Assembly: GCA_041746255.1 (NCBI GenBank)
Contig: JBGTHM010000083.1
Span: 1-64,000, forward strand
DNA length: 64,000 nt
Origin: Fibrobacteria bacterium
GTDB lineage: Bacteria; Fibrobacterota; Fibrobacteria; UBA11236
Direction: 5' to 3'
The notes beneath the pieces are model-generated. The model made no database searches and had not been told where the DNA came from. It saw only the letters and a list, made by a program, of their open reading frames with translations. Of the stretch, positions 20,110 through 30,528 are shown piece after piece; the stretch's first letter is position 1; each line of letters opens with the position of its first letter. The translations under genes and the position numbers were made by a program.

Positions 20110-21204
20110 TTAACGGGGAAGAACATATTGCCCGAATCCGGGAATCCATGGCATTCCGGTTTCATCGCGTGAAACGCTGCGTATCCGTCGGCCTTCAAGG
20201 TTGAATACATCCCCTTCAAATCCACCATTCAAGGAAGACCGGGCAGGGGAGACCGGAAGACGAATTGAAGTGGACGCGTCTTTTCGACCGACCCATGCCA
20301 TCATATTCAACGCGAACTTCTTGTTATCCACCTGAGTCAAGGAGGAAGTCGCGGCCTTCGAATTGAAGAAGGTGTTTCTGTCATAATGGAAAACCGCTCG
20401 GCCTTTGCCGTATTCGGCGACAATGAGGGTTGCGTCTTTATTTCCAGCGTCGGAGGTGGGGCCCTGGCCATTATTGGCATTGTTAAGGGGGGTTCCATCG
20501 AGACGAGAGTTGCGGCGAATTTTATTTTTTGCCCGCACAACTATCTCAACTTTCATTTTTTCAACTTCCTTTACAAACGTAATGGGAGAAACTCCTTCTC
20601 CATTGAACTCATTGACACCTTCCAGGATAGGATGATTGGGGATGAGAAAATCGCCATCGCTTCTCTTCAGGGGATAATATCCCAGGTCTTGATTCATGAC
20701 CAATCCGAACCGGTCCAAGAAGGCCTGGTCTGACAGGGCGGCATCCCGCCAGTTCCGGCCGAAATTGGCATCGCTTAGGAAAATTATTCCTCCGCCTTCT
20801 TCAATGTATTTCATGATGGCGTCGACGGCCGGTTTGCCATAGCGGGAATTATTCGAACCCATGATTATGACGCTGTATTTGGAGAGGTCCATGCCGGCGA
20901 AATCCACTGGTGTGGAGCAGGGGTTGGTTTCGTGTACCTCACAGCCTTTGATATGGTTGCCTTCCCTCAATTCCTGAGTTACATATCCCTCGGCCTGAAG
21001 GGTTTGCGCGAATTCTCCCCAGCCTCTATTCTTCGCGGTATTGGTAAAATCGCTGAAGGAGGAGAGTTCCGCATTATCCCCTCCGAAGGTAAACCCTCCG
21101 GTACCGTCTCCTCCTCTAATGTTAAGAATAATAGGTTTTTGGGAATCTTGAGCTTTCGCGACCGAGAGAATGAGGAGTAGGCCAGTCAGAAATCCAGTTC
21201 GCAT
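20110..21204 (-). CDS. Secreted protein, probable class I glutamine amidotransferase-like/DUF4350-like fold
   Basis: DLSKYSVII, YIEEGGG, HPILEGV, YGKGRAV...DRNTFFN, N..FALN...W. FNLEGR tail. Confidence 0.5.
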   Translation of the reverse strand: MRTGFLTGLLLILSVAKAQDSQKPIILNIRGGDGTGGFTFGGDNAELSSFSDFTNTAKNRGWGEFAQTLQAEGYVTQELREGNHIKGCEVHETNPCSTPVDFAGMDLSKYSVIIMGSNNSRYGKPAVDAIMKYIEEGGGIIFLSDANFGRNWRDAALSDQAFLDRFGLVMNQDLGYYPLKRSDGDFLIPNHPILEGVNEFNGEGVSPITFVKEVEKMKVEIVVRAKNKIRRNSRLDGTPLNNANNGQGPTSDAGNKDATLIVAEYGKGRAVFHYDRNTFFNSKAATSSLTQVDNKKFALNMMAWVGRKDASTSIRLPVSPARSSLNGGFEGDVFNLEGRRIRSVSRDETGMPWIPGFGQYVLPR

Positions 21205-21375
21205 GTCTTCTCCCGCTTTCGTTGATGATTATTGGGTTAATCTAATCACTCTATATCCATCAGGCTTTCCGTAAATAGCCTCAGTGCGGGTATTTCGTTT
21301 TCTGAAGTAAACGGGGCTGTAGGGGGAAGCAGGGAGTTTCGCTGAGATCGAAGAATTAGATGGCCCCGCCGTCAC

Positions 21376-21393
21376 TGTATTTTATAAAATACA
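21376..21393. promoter_or_regulatory. Perfect 18-bp palindrome upstream of the TIGR02147 gene
   Basis: TGTATTTTATAAAATACA, 134 bp before ATG 21528. Confidence 0.7.
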
Positions 21394-21527
21394 CTTTTGT
21401 CGGCTTTATCAAAGGTCATCCGATTTTTTCGATATATACTAGGATATCAAGAGGCGAGTTCCACCCTTTCCCGGCAGAGAGGGCTATGGCTTTTCCTCGG
21501 CGTAAATAGGTGCGAATTGGAAGATTA

Positions 21528-22355
21528 ATGACTGATATTTATAAGTATTTCGATTTTCGGATATTGCTCAAGGACCTCTTCGAGGCCAAGAAAAAGGAAA
21601 ATCCGCGGTATTCCTATCGGGTATTGGCTAAAAAGGCCGGGTTCAAATCGGCGGGTTATTTCGGCAACCTTTTAAGCGGGAAGTGTAACCTTTCTCTCAC
21701 GATGGCGTATAAATTGGCGGAAGCCTTCAATCTTAAAAAGGATGAAGAAGATTATTTCGTAACTCTGGTTATGTTCAACCTAGCTCAGACGGTTACGGAA
21801 AAGATGAAGTACCATCAGAAGCTCGTATCCCTCAAAAGAGCCGAATTGAAGACCCTGGAAGAGCGGCAATACGAATATTTCGGGGAATGGTATTATATCG
21901 CCATCCGGGAAATCCTGGACTGTTACCGTTTCAAGGGTGATTTCAAAGAACTTGCCAAGACGCTTGTCCCCGCGATAACACCCGCGCAGGCCAAGGCGGC
22001 CATTACCCTCCTTGAATCGCTGGGTATGATTCAAAAAAATCCTTTCGGCTATTATGAGAAAGTAGATGCGGCGGTGACTACTCCCGACCTTTGGAAATCC
22101 CAAGCCATCACATTTTATCAATACCAGTGCTTAGACCTGGCAAAGCAATCATTCGACATCTGGGATCGGTCGTTACGCGATGTCTCCACCCTGACCGTGA
22201 GCATCTCCGCGGAGGCATTCAAAAAAATCCAGGAAAAGATCAATCAGGTTCAGGAAGATATCCTGTTATTGGCCCAAAACGCAAAGAAAGCGGATCGTGT
22301 TTACCAAATCAATTTTTATTCTTTTCCACTTACGAAAATCGGTGAGAATACATAA
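21528..22355 (+). CDS. TIGR02147 family protein (N-terminal HTH, Fibrobacter paralogous family)
   Basis: IYKYFDFR..L, YSYR.LAKKAGFKS, WYYIAIRE, RDVSTLTVS, VYQINF..FPL. Confidence 0.85.
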   Translation: MTDIYKYFDFRILLKDLFEAKKKENPRYSYRVLAKKAGFKSAGYFGNLLSGKCNLSLTMAYKLAEAFNLKKDEEDYFVTLVMFNLAQTVTEKMKYHQKLVSLKRAELKTLEERQYEYFGEWYYIAIREILDCYRFKGDFKELAKTLVPAITPAQAKAAITLLESLGMIQKNPFGYYEKVDAAVTTPDLWKSQAITFYQYQCLDLAKQSFDIWDRSLRDVSTLTVSISAEAFKKIQEKINQVQEDILLLAQNAKKADRVYQINFYSFPLTKIGENT

Positions 22356-22358
22356 CCC

Positions 22359-24209
22359 ATGTATCGAATAATTTTAATCAGTATGGTCACGGCGCTCCTT
22401 GCCGGCTGCCTATTCATGAGTGGTGATGATCCAAGCCCTCCCACTGATCCTGTGGCTGGAGGCGGTACCCGCACTACAAATGGCGATGTCGCGGGGCGCG
22501 TTAAGTTCCCGGATGCCTCCCCTGCCGAAGGAGTGCAAATCCGCCTCTACAAGGTCTTTTTGGGCGAAAAAGTGGAACCCTATTCGGCCGAATGGGCCGG
22601 TATCAGCGACAGTCTGGGAAGATTCACCTTCCAGAATGTTCGCGTGGGAACTTTTGCCATGTCGGTAGTGGATCGAATTGCGGGAACGCGGGCGATTATG
22701 CCCAGGCTCAGCAAGGGAACGGAAGGTTTTTTCGTCCTGGATGCTGTCCTTTCCCCATGGGTTACGCTCAAGGGAAGAGTATTCCCCTCCAATGGCGGAT
22801 CGCCGGAAAACATCCGTGTTTGCATTCCTGGATTGCCGGAATGCGTCACCCCAGGCCCCGATAGTGTTTACACCCTTCACCAGGCTCCCCAAGGGAATTA
22901 CGACCTGGTTTTTCTTTGCGATAGTCTCGCCGCCTATTTACCCATTCGGGCGAGCATGACCGACAAAGACACCCTATACCTCAAGGATATCGAGCTCGAT
23001 GTCACCCAGGCGGTAGTATCTCAGCCCATCTCGATATACGAAACCGAAGCCGCCAAGTCGGTGTATGCGCTTCCGAAGAGCTATGCCCCTAATGCTAGAC
23101 CTGATTGGTACGCAGGTAAGGAATTCGACCGGGTTCAGTATTACAGCCCTGACGAAAATCGTCCTTTCCAACTCTGGGACTCTGAGGACTACCGGAACTG
23201 GCAATACTTTCGAACCCTGAATCTACCCCTCGACATCCCCGAATCCACTACCCATACACCTCTTGTGGATTTTCCCTACTATTTGAGGCTTACCCAGGCG
23301 GATCTCGATTTTTCTCAGGCAGCAAAGGGCGGGTCCGACCTCCGCATTTCTCGTGAAGACGGTCGGCAGCTGTCCTATTATATCGTGAAATGGGATTCTG
23401 CCGCGGGTTTAGCCGAACTATGGGTGAATTTGGATACCCTTCGTAAAGCGGAAACCGCCCCAAGGTTGAGCTTGCACTGGGGCAATCCCGATGCCGGGGG
23501 GCTTTCCAATCCCATGGCCGCTTTGGGCCGGGTTGAAGAGGGCCGTCAGATTTGGCCTCTGGACGATAATGCGCCGTCATCCCTAGTCCGCGACCTGCGC
23601 GGCACCCATCCGGGTTATTTGACCCGCCTTGGCCTGGGTAAGGATGAAACGGCGAAGCATGCTGTTGCCGGGGTGATGGGTGGCGCGTTGCTCCTGGATG
23701 GCATTGAAAACCAAATTACCATCGATCCGCACCCTTCCATCGACTACACAAAGCTGACGCTCTCGGTTTGGGCACGGAACAACAATTCGTCCCTTTCCGA
23801 ACAGCAGTATATCGTATTAAAGGGGGAACCCGGTCGTAAGCAATGGCATTTGGCGCTGGACCAAGCACGGCAGGTGCGCTTTGGAATGGCCGGAACCAAC
23901 GGTAAGTTGACGGGTGCCTGGTACAGCAAGCAGCAGGTTAAAATTGATCAATGGCATTTGTATACGATCACCTTCGAAGGCGGAGTCGTACGCGCTTACT
24001 TGGATGGTGAGGAAATGGCCGCGGGAAAGGGAACCGGAACCCTTCCCAAGTCGATCCCAACCCTCAATTCCCCCATCATGCTGGGCCAGCGAATAGCCGA
24101 GAGGGAACAATTCTGGTCGGGAGAAATCGATAATCTGATGCTGGAAGGCGAGGTTCGCAGTCCCGAATGGATACGATTATTGTATCAATCCCAAAAACCA
24201 AACCCCTGA
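22359..24209 (+). CDS. Lipoprotein with DUF2341 and LamG-like domains
   Basis: Lipobox LAGC, GGGTRTTNG, DFSQAAKGGSDLR...WD...AELWV, WHLYTIT, RSPEWIRL.Y.SQ. Confidence 0.8.
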   Translation: MYRIILISMVTALLAGCLFMSGDDPSPPTDPVAGGGTRTTNGDVAGRVKFPDASPAEGVQIRLYKVFLGEKVEPYSAEWAGISDSLGRFTFQNVRVGTFAMSVVDRIAGTRAIMPRLSKGTEGFFVLDAVLSPWVTLKGRVFPSNGGSPENIRVCIPGLPECVTPGPDSVYTLHQAPQGNYDLVFLCDSLAAYLPIRASMTDKDTLYLKDIELDVTQAVVSQPISIYETEAAKSVYALPKSYAPNARPDWYAGKEFDRVQYYSPDENRPFQLWDSEDYRNWQYFRTLNLPLDIPESTTHTPLVDFPYYLRLTQADLDFSQAAKGGSDLRISREDGRQLSYYIVKWDSAAGLAELWVNLDTLRKAETAPRLSLHWGNPDAGGLSNPMAALGRVEEGRQIWPLDDNAPSSLVRDLRGTHPGYLTRLGLGKDETAKHAVAGVMGGALLLDGIENQITIDPHPSIDYTKLTLSVWARNNNSSLSEQQYIVLKGEPGRKQWHLALDQARQVRFGMAGTNGKLTGAWYSKQQVKIDQWHLYTITFEGGVVRAYLDGEEMAAGKGTGTLPKSIPTLNSPIMLGQRIAEREQFWSGEIDNLMLEGEVRSPEWIRLLYQSQKPNP

Positions 24210-24238
24210 ACCAAAAACAAACTTCTTAAGCCTGCCTC

Positions 24239-25336
24239 CTAATTGGATGGCAGGATTACCCCATTTTTTTCCGCGGGCTTCCAAGCTAAGGTGGCTCCTT
24301 TGCTACCCGAATGGTTCAAAAGCAACTTACCATCAATGCTCCTGATTTGAATCATGGCATTTTGATGGAAAAAAAATTGCTCTTTCCTGAGCGACCAAGC
24401 ATTGAGGCGCGACTGGTTACCGAAGGTTAATCGGGTGGTAGGAACAATCAATTTTTCCTGCCATTCCCGCCAGAGATCCATGTTATCCGCCAAAATTTTC
24501 TTTTTCTCTCCGTTTTCATCCCAGCATTTAATGGCGAATTCGTCCTTGTATCCCCATTCCAGGAGCTTTTCAATAAATGCGAGTAGATTAAAATTCCCTT
24601 CTCCCAAAACTCTTTTGTATTCGCCATTATCGGGTAAATTTGCTGCACCTGAGCTATCGGCACCCATAATGGATAGGGAACTCACCAAACTGATATGTTC
24701 TTTTAGCCGAGGTATTTCAGCTTGGTTGAAATTGGTTTTCCGCTTTTCATTCACCATCAAACCATGTTGGAGGTTGTACATGATTTTAACATTATCCATA
24801 TCCAATTTTTTGACGATGCGAGCCGCTTCTTCGATGGCCTCGATATAATAACCCACATGCGGATAGAGGGTGATATCCGTGCCATTGGCCTTGGCAGCTT
24901 CGGCAATCGGCTTCAAGTGGTTCAACACGCTCTCATCCGTTTTGTAGCTTCCTGGAAAGGCGATGGATAGCCGGGTGTTGGTGCCCTTAATCATTTTCAA
25001 GATATTTTGGATTTCCGCCGTTTTATTGCCTAAGCCGCTAAAGTAAATCCCCGTCAATTGCTTATTTCGAGCCTTAAGCGAATCGAGGATCAGGGGGATA
25101 TTTTTATTGTCGTCATAATACCACAACCCGGAATATCCGAGTGAGTCCATCAACCTGATCTGCTGGTGATAGGGTTTATCCAAGCACCATGAGGTGAGGG
25201 TGATTGGATTGGATAATTTTGTCGTTTGGGAAAATCCCATGGAAGCGGCCAGGAGAGAGGATAATCCGAAGACGAAATTACCATGATGGCGGCGGGATAA
25301 TTCGGTCTTTTTAGGTATCAATTTCGGAAAAAACAT
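24239..25336 (-). CDS. Secreted sugar phosphate isomerase/epimerase-like TIM-barrel protein
   Basis: LYPH..Y.E, YNLQH, SIMGAD, LGEGNF. Signal peptide and SIDGK CTD-like tail. Confidence 0.7.
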   Translation of the reverse strand: MFFPKLIPKKTELSRRHHGNFVFGLSSLLAASMGFSQTTKLSNPITLTSWCLDKPYHQQIRLMDSLGYSGLWYYDDNKNIPLILDSLKARNKQLTGIYFSGLGNKTAEIQNILKMIKGTNTRLSIAFPGSYKTDESVLNHLKPIAEAAKANGTDITLYPHVGYYIEAIEEAARIVKKLDMDNVKIMYNLQHGLMVNEKRKTNFNQAEIPRLKEHISLVSSLSIMGADSSGAANLPDNGEYKRVLGEGNFNLLAFIEKLLEWGYKDEFAIKCWDENGEKKKILADNMDLWREWQEKLIVPTTRLTFGNQSRLNAWSLRKEQFFFHQNAMIQIRSIDGKLLLNHSGSKGATLAWKPAEKNGVILPSN

Positions 25337-25459
25337 AACAGCTCCTGCGCAGATATTAAAATGGTAACGGATAAAAAATTATGATCCCTTCAATTCAGGA
25401 TCAATGTACCTTGCCCTCGATTTACCGGAGGTTAATTCACGTTGGAAAATTGGAGATTC

Positions 25460-25653
25460 CGTATTATTGGAAATACGTTTTAGCGGTTATCTTGGCTTAT
25501 ATATTCTTAGAGTAAGTTATTTTACGCCAACTTTGATTTATTGCTTCCACAACCACTATAAACGGGGTTACCCAAAAAAATAGTGGTTTGCGATTAACCC
25601 TATGCTTACTGGCGATCCGCTCCCAACGTGCTACATGTTTTTTTAATAATACA
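25460..25653. promoter_or_regulatory. Two TGT-N12-ACA-type boxes in a divergent intergenic region
   Basis: CGTATTATTGGAAATACG (25460-25477) and TGTTTTTTTAATAATACA (25636-25653). Confidence 0.55.
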
Positions 25654-25821
25654 ATTCCGTCCTGAAAAAGTTCTGGGCCCTGAACCGAGATCAGGTTCTG
25701 GTGCTAGATTGGATTCCTATCGATAAAAGACCGGAATTTATAAGTATTGGGTGCCGGAATTTGGGAGCATCTGCTGAATGCCGAATGAAATTCGAAAAAA
25801 AATAACCGTGCGGGGGCAGTA

Positions 25822-27522
25822 ATGAATCTTGTATTTATTGTGATACTTATACTTATGGCTGGCCAGGCCAGAGCCCAGGACTTATTCACCAAAATCAGCG
25901 ATGCGATAATCACTTCCGATGCGGGAACCATTCAGAAAGGCGTCGCTTTCCCGGGTATTGGAAATAAGGAAAGGTCTGTAACGGATAAGGGGTGGCAATA
26001 CTATGCTTTCTATAACAAGGTCCAACATATCTGTGTCGCGCGTAGAAAATTGCCCAATGGTGACTGGCAAGTCGTTGAGCTGAAAGATTATGTCCATATG
26101 AATACGGATGGGCATAGGACCATTAATCTTGGCCTTTCCCCGAAAGATGGCACTCTACATCTCGCCTTTGATCACCATAACACCCCTTTACACTATCGGG
26201 TATCAAAAGTTGGTGTGACGAGTACTCCGGAATCAGTGCTGTGGAATGCCGATTTGTTCAGTGAAGTCAGGGATTATCTGGTGCCCGGTAAAGGATTGAA
26301 ACCCTTTACTTACCCACGATTTGTGACCGTTCCAGATGGGAACCTGTTGTTTTATTTCCGGCTGGGCGCATCCGGTAATGGAAATTCCTTTTACTCATTC
26401 TACGATGGAAGCACGCAAAAGTGGTCGGAGTACAAAATGTTCATCAATAAAGGGGGCATGTATTCCGATCATTTCAACGATAGCGAGGCGGATCGTAGCG
26501 CCTACCCCAATCCGGCCACTTTTGAGCCGGACGGAAAGCTTCATTTCACTTGGGTGTGGCGAGAGCGGGCGGCCGGGAATAATGGCAGAGGCGATAACCA
26601 TGACATCAACTATATCTATTCCGACGACATGGGGAAGACTTGGAAGGGGAATAATGATAAGCCTCTTTCGCAATTTCCACCCGATGTAAATACTCCTCAT
26701 GTAAAGGTGGTGGAAATCATTCGCGGATACGGACTAGTGAACGATGGTGCTCAAACCATCGATGCTCAGGGCCGCGTGCATGTTATGATGCGCCATACTA
26801 CCGACGAGTCGATGGCCGCCGTAGCCAAGCAATATCCCGGTATAGCCTATACAAATCCTGTTATGACCTATGGAGTTCCAGAGGCTTGGCGTTTTCACCA
26901 TTATATTCGTGAATCGGATGGGACCTGGTCTCACCGTCAGTTACCGAATCCCTTTGGCGAAGTGGTCTCTGATGACGAAAGTAATGTTTATTTCGTTGTG
27001 GTTGGTGAAAAAAGTCTGGTGGTTTATCGATCAACAGCGGCTGCGAATTGGAAGGATATGCAACCTGTATACAGTCAAGCCATAAATAATGCTTATCCGG
27101 CAAAGGCCGATATGAGTCGTTGGGCGAATGAGAAAGTGCTGAGCCTTACCTATCAGGAAATGCCCATCCAGAATGAAACGTACACTAAAATCCGGGTTAT
27201 TGATCTGAAGCTTGTCGGTGGAGGTAGTACGTCGCTTAAGGACGCTATCAAGGGTAGTAGTAAACGCTCAATCTCATATTCAAGAAATGGAAAATTCCAA
27301 CCCGGTTCCTTTAAGGTGACGCTACCCCAAGGTGAGAACGTGCTGTCATTTCAAATTATTCGCCTGGATGGAACGGTTGCCTTTCGCTCTGCTCCTACGA
27401 TACATGCAGCGTCGAACGTGCTTCTATTTGAAAATGATGGTAGGCTGGATAATGGCATTTATTTTGTTACCTTCTCACATGTAAATCAACAACAAACTTT
27501 TAGGGTTTGGGTTTCACCGTAA
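25822..27522 (+). CDS. BNR-4 repeat beta-propeller (polysaccharide lyase-like) with CTD
   Basis: DGH..INLG....DGTLHLAFDHH, TYPRF, HFTWVWRE, YIYSDDMGKTW (Asp box). Tail GIYFV. Confidence 0.75.
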   Translation: MNLVFIVILILMAGQARAQDLFTKISDAIITSDAGTIQKGVAFPGIGNKERSVTDKGWQYYAFYNKVQHICVARRKLPNGDWQVVELKDYVHMNTDGHRTINLGLSPKDGTLHLAFDHHNTPLHYRVSKVGVTSTPESVLWNADLFSEVRDYLVPGKGLKPFTYPRFVTVPDGNLLFYFRLGASGNGNSFYSFYDGSTQKWSEYKMFINKGGMYSDHFNDSEADRSAYPNPATFEPDGKLHFTWVWRERAAGNNGRGDNHDINYIYSDDMGKTWKGNNDKPLSQFPPDVNTPHVKVVEIIRGYGLVNDGAQTIDAQGRVHVMMRHTTDESMAAVAKQYPGIAYTNPVMTYGVPEAWRFHHYIRESDGTWSHRQLPNPFGEVVSDDESNVYFVVVGEKSLVVYRSTAAANWKDMQPVYSQAINNAYPAKADMSRWANEKVLSLTYQEMPIQNETYTKIRVIDLKLVGGGSTSLKDAIKGSSKRSISYSRNGKFQPGSFKVTLPQGENVLSFQIIRLDGTVAFRSAPTIHAASNVLLFENDGRLDNGIYFVTFSHVNQQQTFRVWVSP

Positions 27523-27604
27523 CGCAAGAAAAATCATATCCACCGCCACGCGCCATCTGCACTTCCGCCTCCCGCGAGCGCCTTAGCATAGCCCTGAAAA
27601 TGGC

Positions 27605-29212
27605 ATGCAAACACCTTTTCTGATAAACTCCTTATGGAAATTGTGGTGCGCACCCCGCGCCCATTTTTTCGATCGCAACCTATCGAAGGTTGAAAAGGTT
27701 CAGTGCGACTATCTGCAAAGGTTATTGAGAAAAAATCAGAATAGCCGGTACGGACGAGTACATGGCTTCGCGAATATTCGCAGCTATTCCGAATACCAAT
27801 CCCGGGTTCCGGTGGTGGATTATGCGGACGTGGAAGATTTTATCTGGGAAGCGGCCCAGGGGGGTAGTGCGCTCACCCGGGAAAAAATTTTACTACTCGA
27901 ACCCACCAGTGGGACGCAATCGGGCAGTAAATTCATTCCCTATACCGCGACTTTACGCAGCGAATTTCAAAAGGGCATAGCACCCTGGGTTTACCATCTC
28001 TTCCGTCGTTTCCCTGAATTAAAATCCGGCACGAGCTATTGGTCGCTGTCGCCTTCCCTTACCCAGGTGCCACCCCGCGAAAGCCGCGTTCCCATCGGAT
28101 TCGACAGCGATTCCCGATACCTGGGGCCACTGGGGGTATGGATGGATAGGCAGCTTTTTTCGGTTCCGTCCCGAATCGCTAAAATCGAGGATCCCGATCG
28201 ATTCTTTTACCTTACGGCCCTGCATTTACTGCGTGATGAATCCCTCAGCCTGGTTTCGGTTTGGAATCCCGGTTTTTGGACGATCCTCCTGGAAAAGATA
28301 GCGGGTTGGAAAGAGAATTTGCTGCGTGACATTCAGGAGGGCCAATCGTCTTCGGGTAGTCGGCGTGCCCGGCATCTCGAATCCGAATGGGGGAAAAGCA
28401 CTGAGGATAACCCGCCCTGGTCCCGGATCTGGCCGCGTTTGCGGGTGATCAGCTGTTGGAGGGATGGCTGGGCCAAAGTACCGTCGGAGCGCCTGCAACA
28501 GTTGTTTCCCGGCGTGTTTATCCAGCCTAAAGGACTTATCGCCACGGAGGCCTTTGTTTCCTTTCCACACGAAGGTTCGCCTCAATCCGGAGCGAATCTT
28601 CTGGCATACCCCTGTCACTTTTTCGAGTTTATAGACGTCCAAACCGGTAAGATTTATCCTGCTTGGAAATTAGTGGCGGGCGAAACCTATTCCGTAGTGG
28701 TTACGACCGGGGGAGGGTTGTACCGGTACCGGCTACGTGATTTGGTTTCCATTACGGGATTTAAGGATTCATGCCCGATTTTGAGATTTATCGCCAAGGA
28801 AGATGCCTTCAGTGATTTGACGGGAGAAAAACTAGCGACGGAATTCGTGCAAAAATGTGGTGAAAGGGTATTGGCGGAATGCGTTACAGATTCTCTTTTC
28901 TTCTTACTGGCCCCGGAGCCTTCGGAAACGCCGCCTTTTTATGTTTTCTATTTTTATCCGGGTGAAAAATGGGATATAGGTAATCTTAAGGAGATTGCCG
29001 TAAAGATGGACGAGGCTTTGGCGGAAAATTTCCACTATCGCCTTTGTAGACGGCTGGGACAATTAGGTGCGGTTCGGGCGGTATCGCTGTATTCGGATGC
29101 TGAAACCCGGTATTACCGACATAAAAGCCGGAATTCCAAATGGGGAGACGTCAAATGGAAAGTTCTGGAGCAGCCCGATCGATGGACGGAAATACTCGGC
29201 CCATCCGGGTAG
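27605..29212 (+). CDS. GH3 family acyl-acid amido synthetase (adenylating enzyme)
   Basis: EPTSGT.SGSKFIPYT, KGLIATE, FFEF, VVTTGGGLYRYRL.D, GEKL. Confidence 0.85.
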   Translation: MQTPFLINSLWKLWCAPRAHFFDRNLSKVEKVQCDYLQRLLRKNQNSRYGRVHGFANIRSYSEYQSRVPVVDYADVEDFIWEAAQGGSALTREKILLLEPTSGTQSGSKFIPYTATLRSEFQKGIAPWVYHLFRRFPELKSGTSYWSLSPSLTQVPPRESRVPIGFDSDSRYLGPLGVWMDRQLFSVPSRIAKIEDPDRFFYLTALHLLRDESLSLVSVWNPGFWTILLEKIAGWKENLLRDIQEGQSSSGSRRARHLESEWGKSTEDNPPWSRIWPRLRVISCWRDGWAKVPSERLQQLFPGVFIQPKGLIATEAFVSFPHEGSPQSGANLLAYPCHFFEFIDVQTGKIYPAWKLVAGETYSVVVTTGGGLYRYRLRDLVSITGFKDSCPILRFIAKEDAFSDLTGEKLATEFVQKCGERVLAECVTDSLFFLLAPEPSETPPFYVFYFYPGEKWDIGNLKEIAVKMDEALAENFHYRLCRRLGQLGAVRAVSLYSDAETRYYRHKSRNSKWGDVKWKVLEQPDRWTEILGPSG

Positions 29213-30528
29213 CGTTAATCTCACCCAAGGGCCCGCTTTACAAGCATAAGACCGGTATTTTCCGAAAATCCCTGCGCGTCGCGCCCCTGACTTTAACCAC
29301 GCTCGCGGCCTTGATTCCTAGCGATGTCGAGGCCGAAGTAAGCCTTTTCGACGAAGGCGTCATGGACGTGCCCCCGGATCTTGACGTGGATTTGGTGGGA
29401 ATGACGGTTATCACCGGATCCGCCCCCCGCTCTTATGAATTATCGAAACAATTTCGCGAACGAGGAATCAAAGTCGTATTGGGCGGCCCGCATGTCACCT
29501 TGGTTCCCGACGAGGCCGCCTTGCATGCCGACTCGGTGGTGCTGGGTTATGCCGAGGAAACCTGGCCGCAATTATTACGTGACTTCGTTCGCGGCCAAAT
29601 GCAGCCCGTGTATAAAATGAGCTTGGATTTTTCCTTGCAAAGCGAAGCGAACCTCCCTTTCGCCAGGCGCGAGCTGCTACCGAAATCCATGTATAAAACC
29701 CGCAACACCTTCGAAGCTTCGCGCGGTTGTATTCATTCCTGTGAATTCTGCGTGGTGCCGACGGCCTGGGGACGCAGGCCGTTCCAAAAACCGGTGGCCC
29801 ATGTGGTGGAGGATATCCGGAGAACAGGTGCGCGTCAATTGGTTTTCTACGATTTGAACCTTATCGCGGATGCCGCGTATGCCAAAGAGCTGTTCGCCGC
29901 GTTGGTTCCTTTGAAAATCCAGTGGTTCGGACTTTCCACCACCTTTCTGAACCGGGATAGGGAGCTGTTGGAACTTACCGTCAAAAGCGGTTGTCGGGGC
30001 CTTTTGGTTGGATTCGAAAGCGTTAATCGCCAGACTTTAGCGTCCATGAACAAGGGGTTCAATCGTCCCGACAAGTATGCCGAGTTCGTGCGCGAGCTGC
30101 ATGAAGCCGGGATAGCTCTACAGGGAACTTTCGTGTTCGGAACCGATGGCGACTCCAAGGCCTGTTTCGAGGAAGTGCTCGAATTTATCCATGAAGTTCG
30201 TATCGATTTACCTCGATTTTCCATTCAGACGCCTTTTCCCGGTACGCCGCTTTTCGCCCGTTTGGAAAAGGAAAACCGAATTCTAACCCGGGATTGGAGT
30301 CTTTACGACGGCCAGCACGTGGTGTATAGACCTCTGAAAATGACGGCGGATGAATTGATGCAAGGACATGAAAATGCCTGGAAGAGGGCGTATTCCCTGC
30401 CCTTTGTTGCTCATCGAATGTTCCGCTCCATGCCGGTTTGGCCGCTTATTCTGGCGGCCAATCTGGGTTACCGTTTCTATGCCCGCAATTTGAGCCGATT
30501 CTATACCTGCCAAGGGGGAACGATATGA
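29182..30528 (+). CDS. B12-binding-domain radical SAM protein
   Basis: PLTL..LAAL, GGPHVT, RGCIHSCEFC, GFES, TPFPGTPL. Confidence 0.9.
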   Translation: MDGNTRPIRVALISPKGPLYKHKTGIFRKSLRVAPLTLTTLAALIPSDVEAEVSLFDEGVMDVPPDLDVDLVGMTVITGSAPRSYELSKQFRERGIKVVLGGPHVTLVPDEAALHADSVVLGYAEETWPQLLRDFVRGQMQPVYKMSLDFSLQSEANLPFARRELLPKSMYKTRNTFEASRGCIHSCEFCVVPTAWGRRPFQKPVAHVVEDIRRTGARQLVFYDLNLIADAAYAKELFAALVPLKIQWFGLSTTFLNRDRELLELTVKSGCRGLLVGFESVNRQTLASMNKGFNRPDKYAEFVRELHEAGIALQGTFVFGTDGDSKACFEEVLEFIHEVRIDLPRFSIQTPFPGTPLFARLEKENRILTRDWSLYDGQHVVYRPLKMTADELMQGHENAWKRAYSLPFVAHRMFRSMPVWPLILAANLGYRFYARNLSRFYTCQGGTI

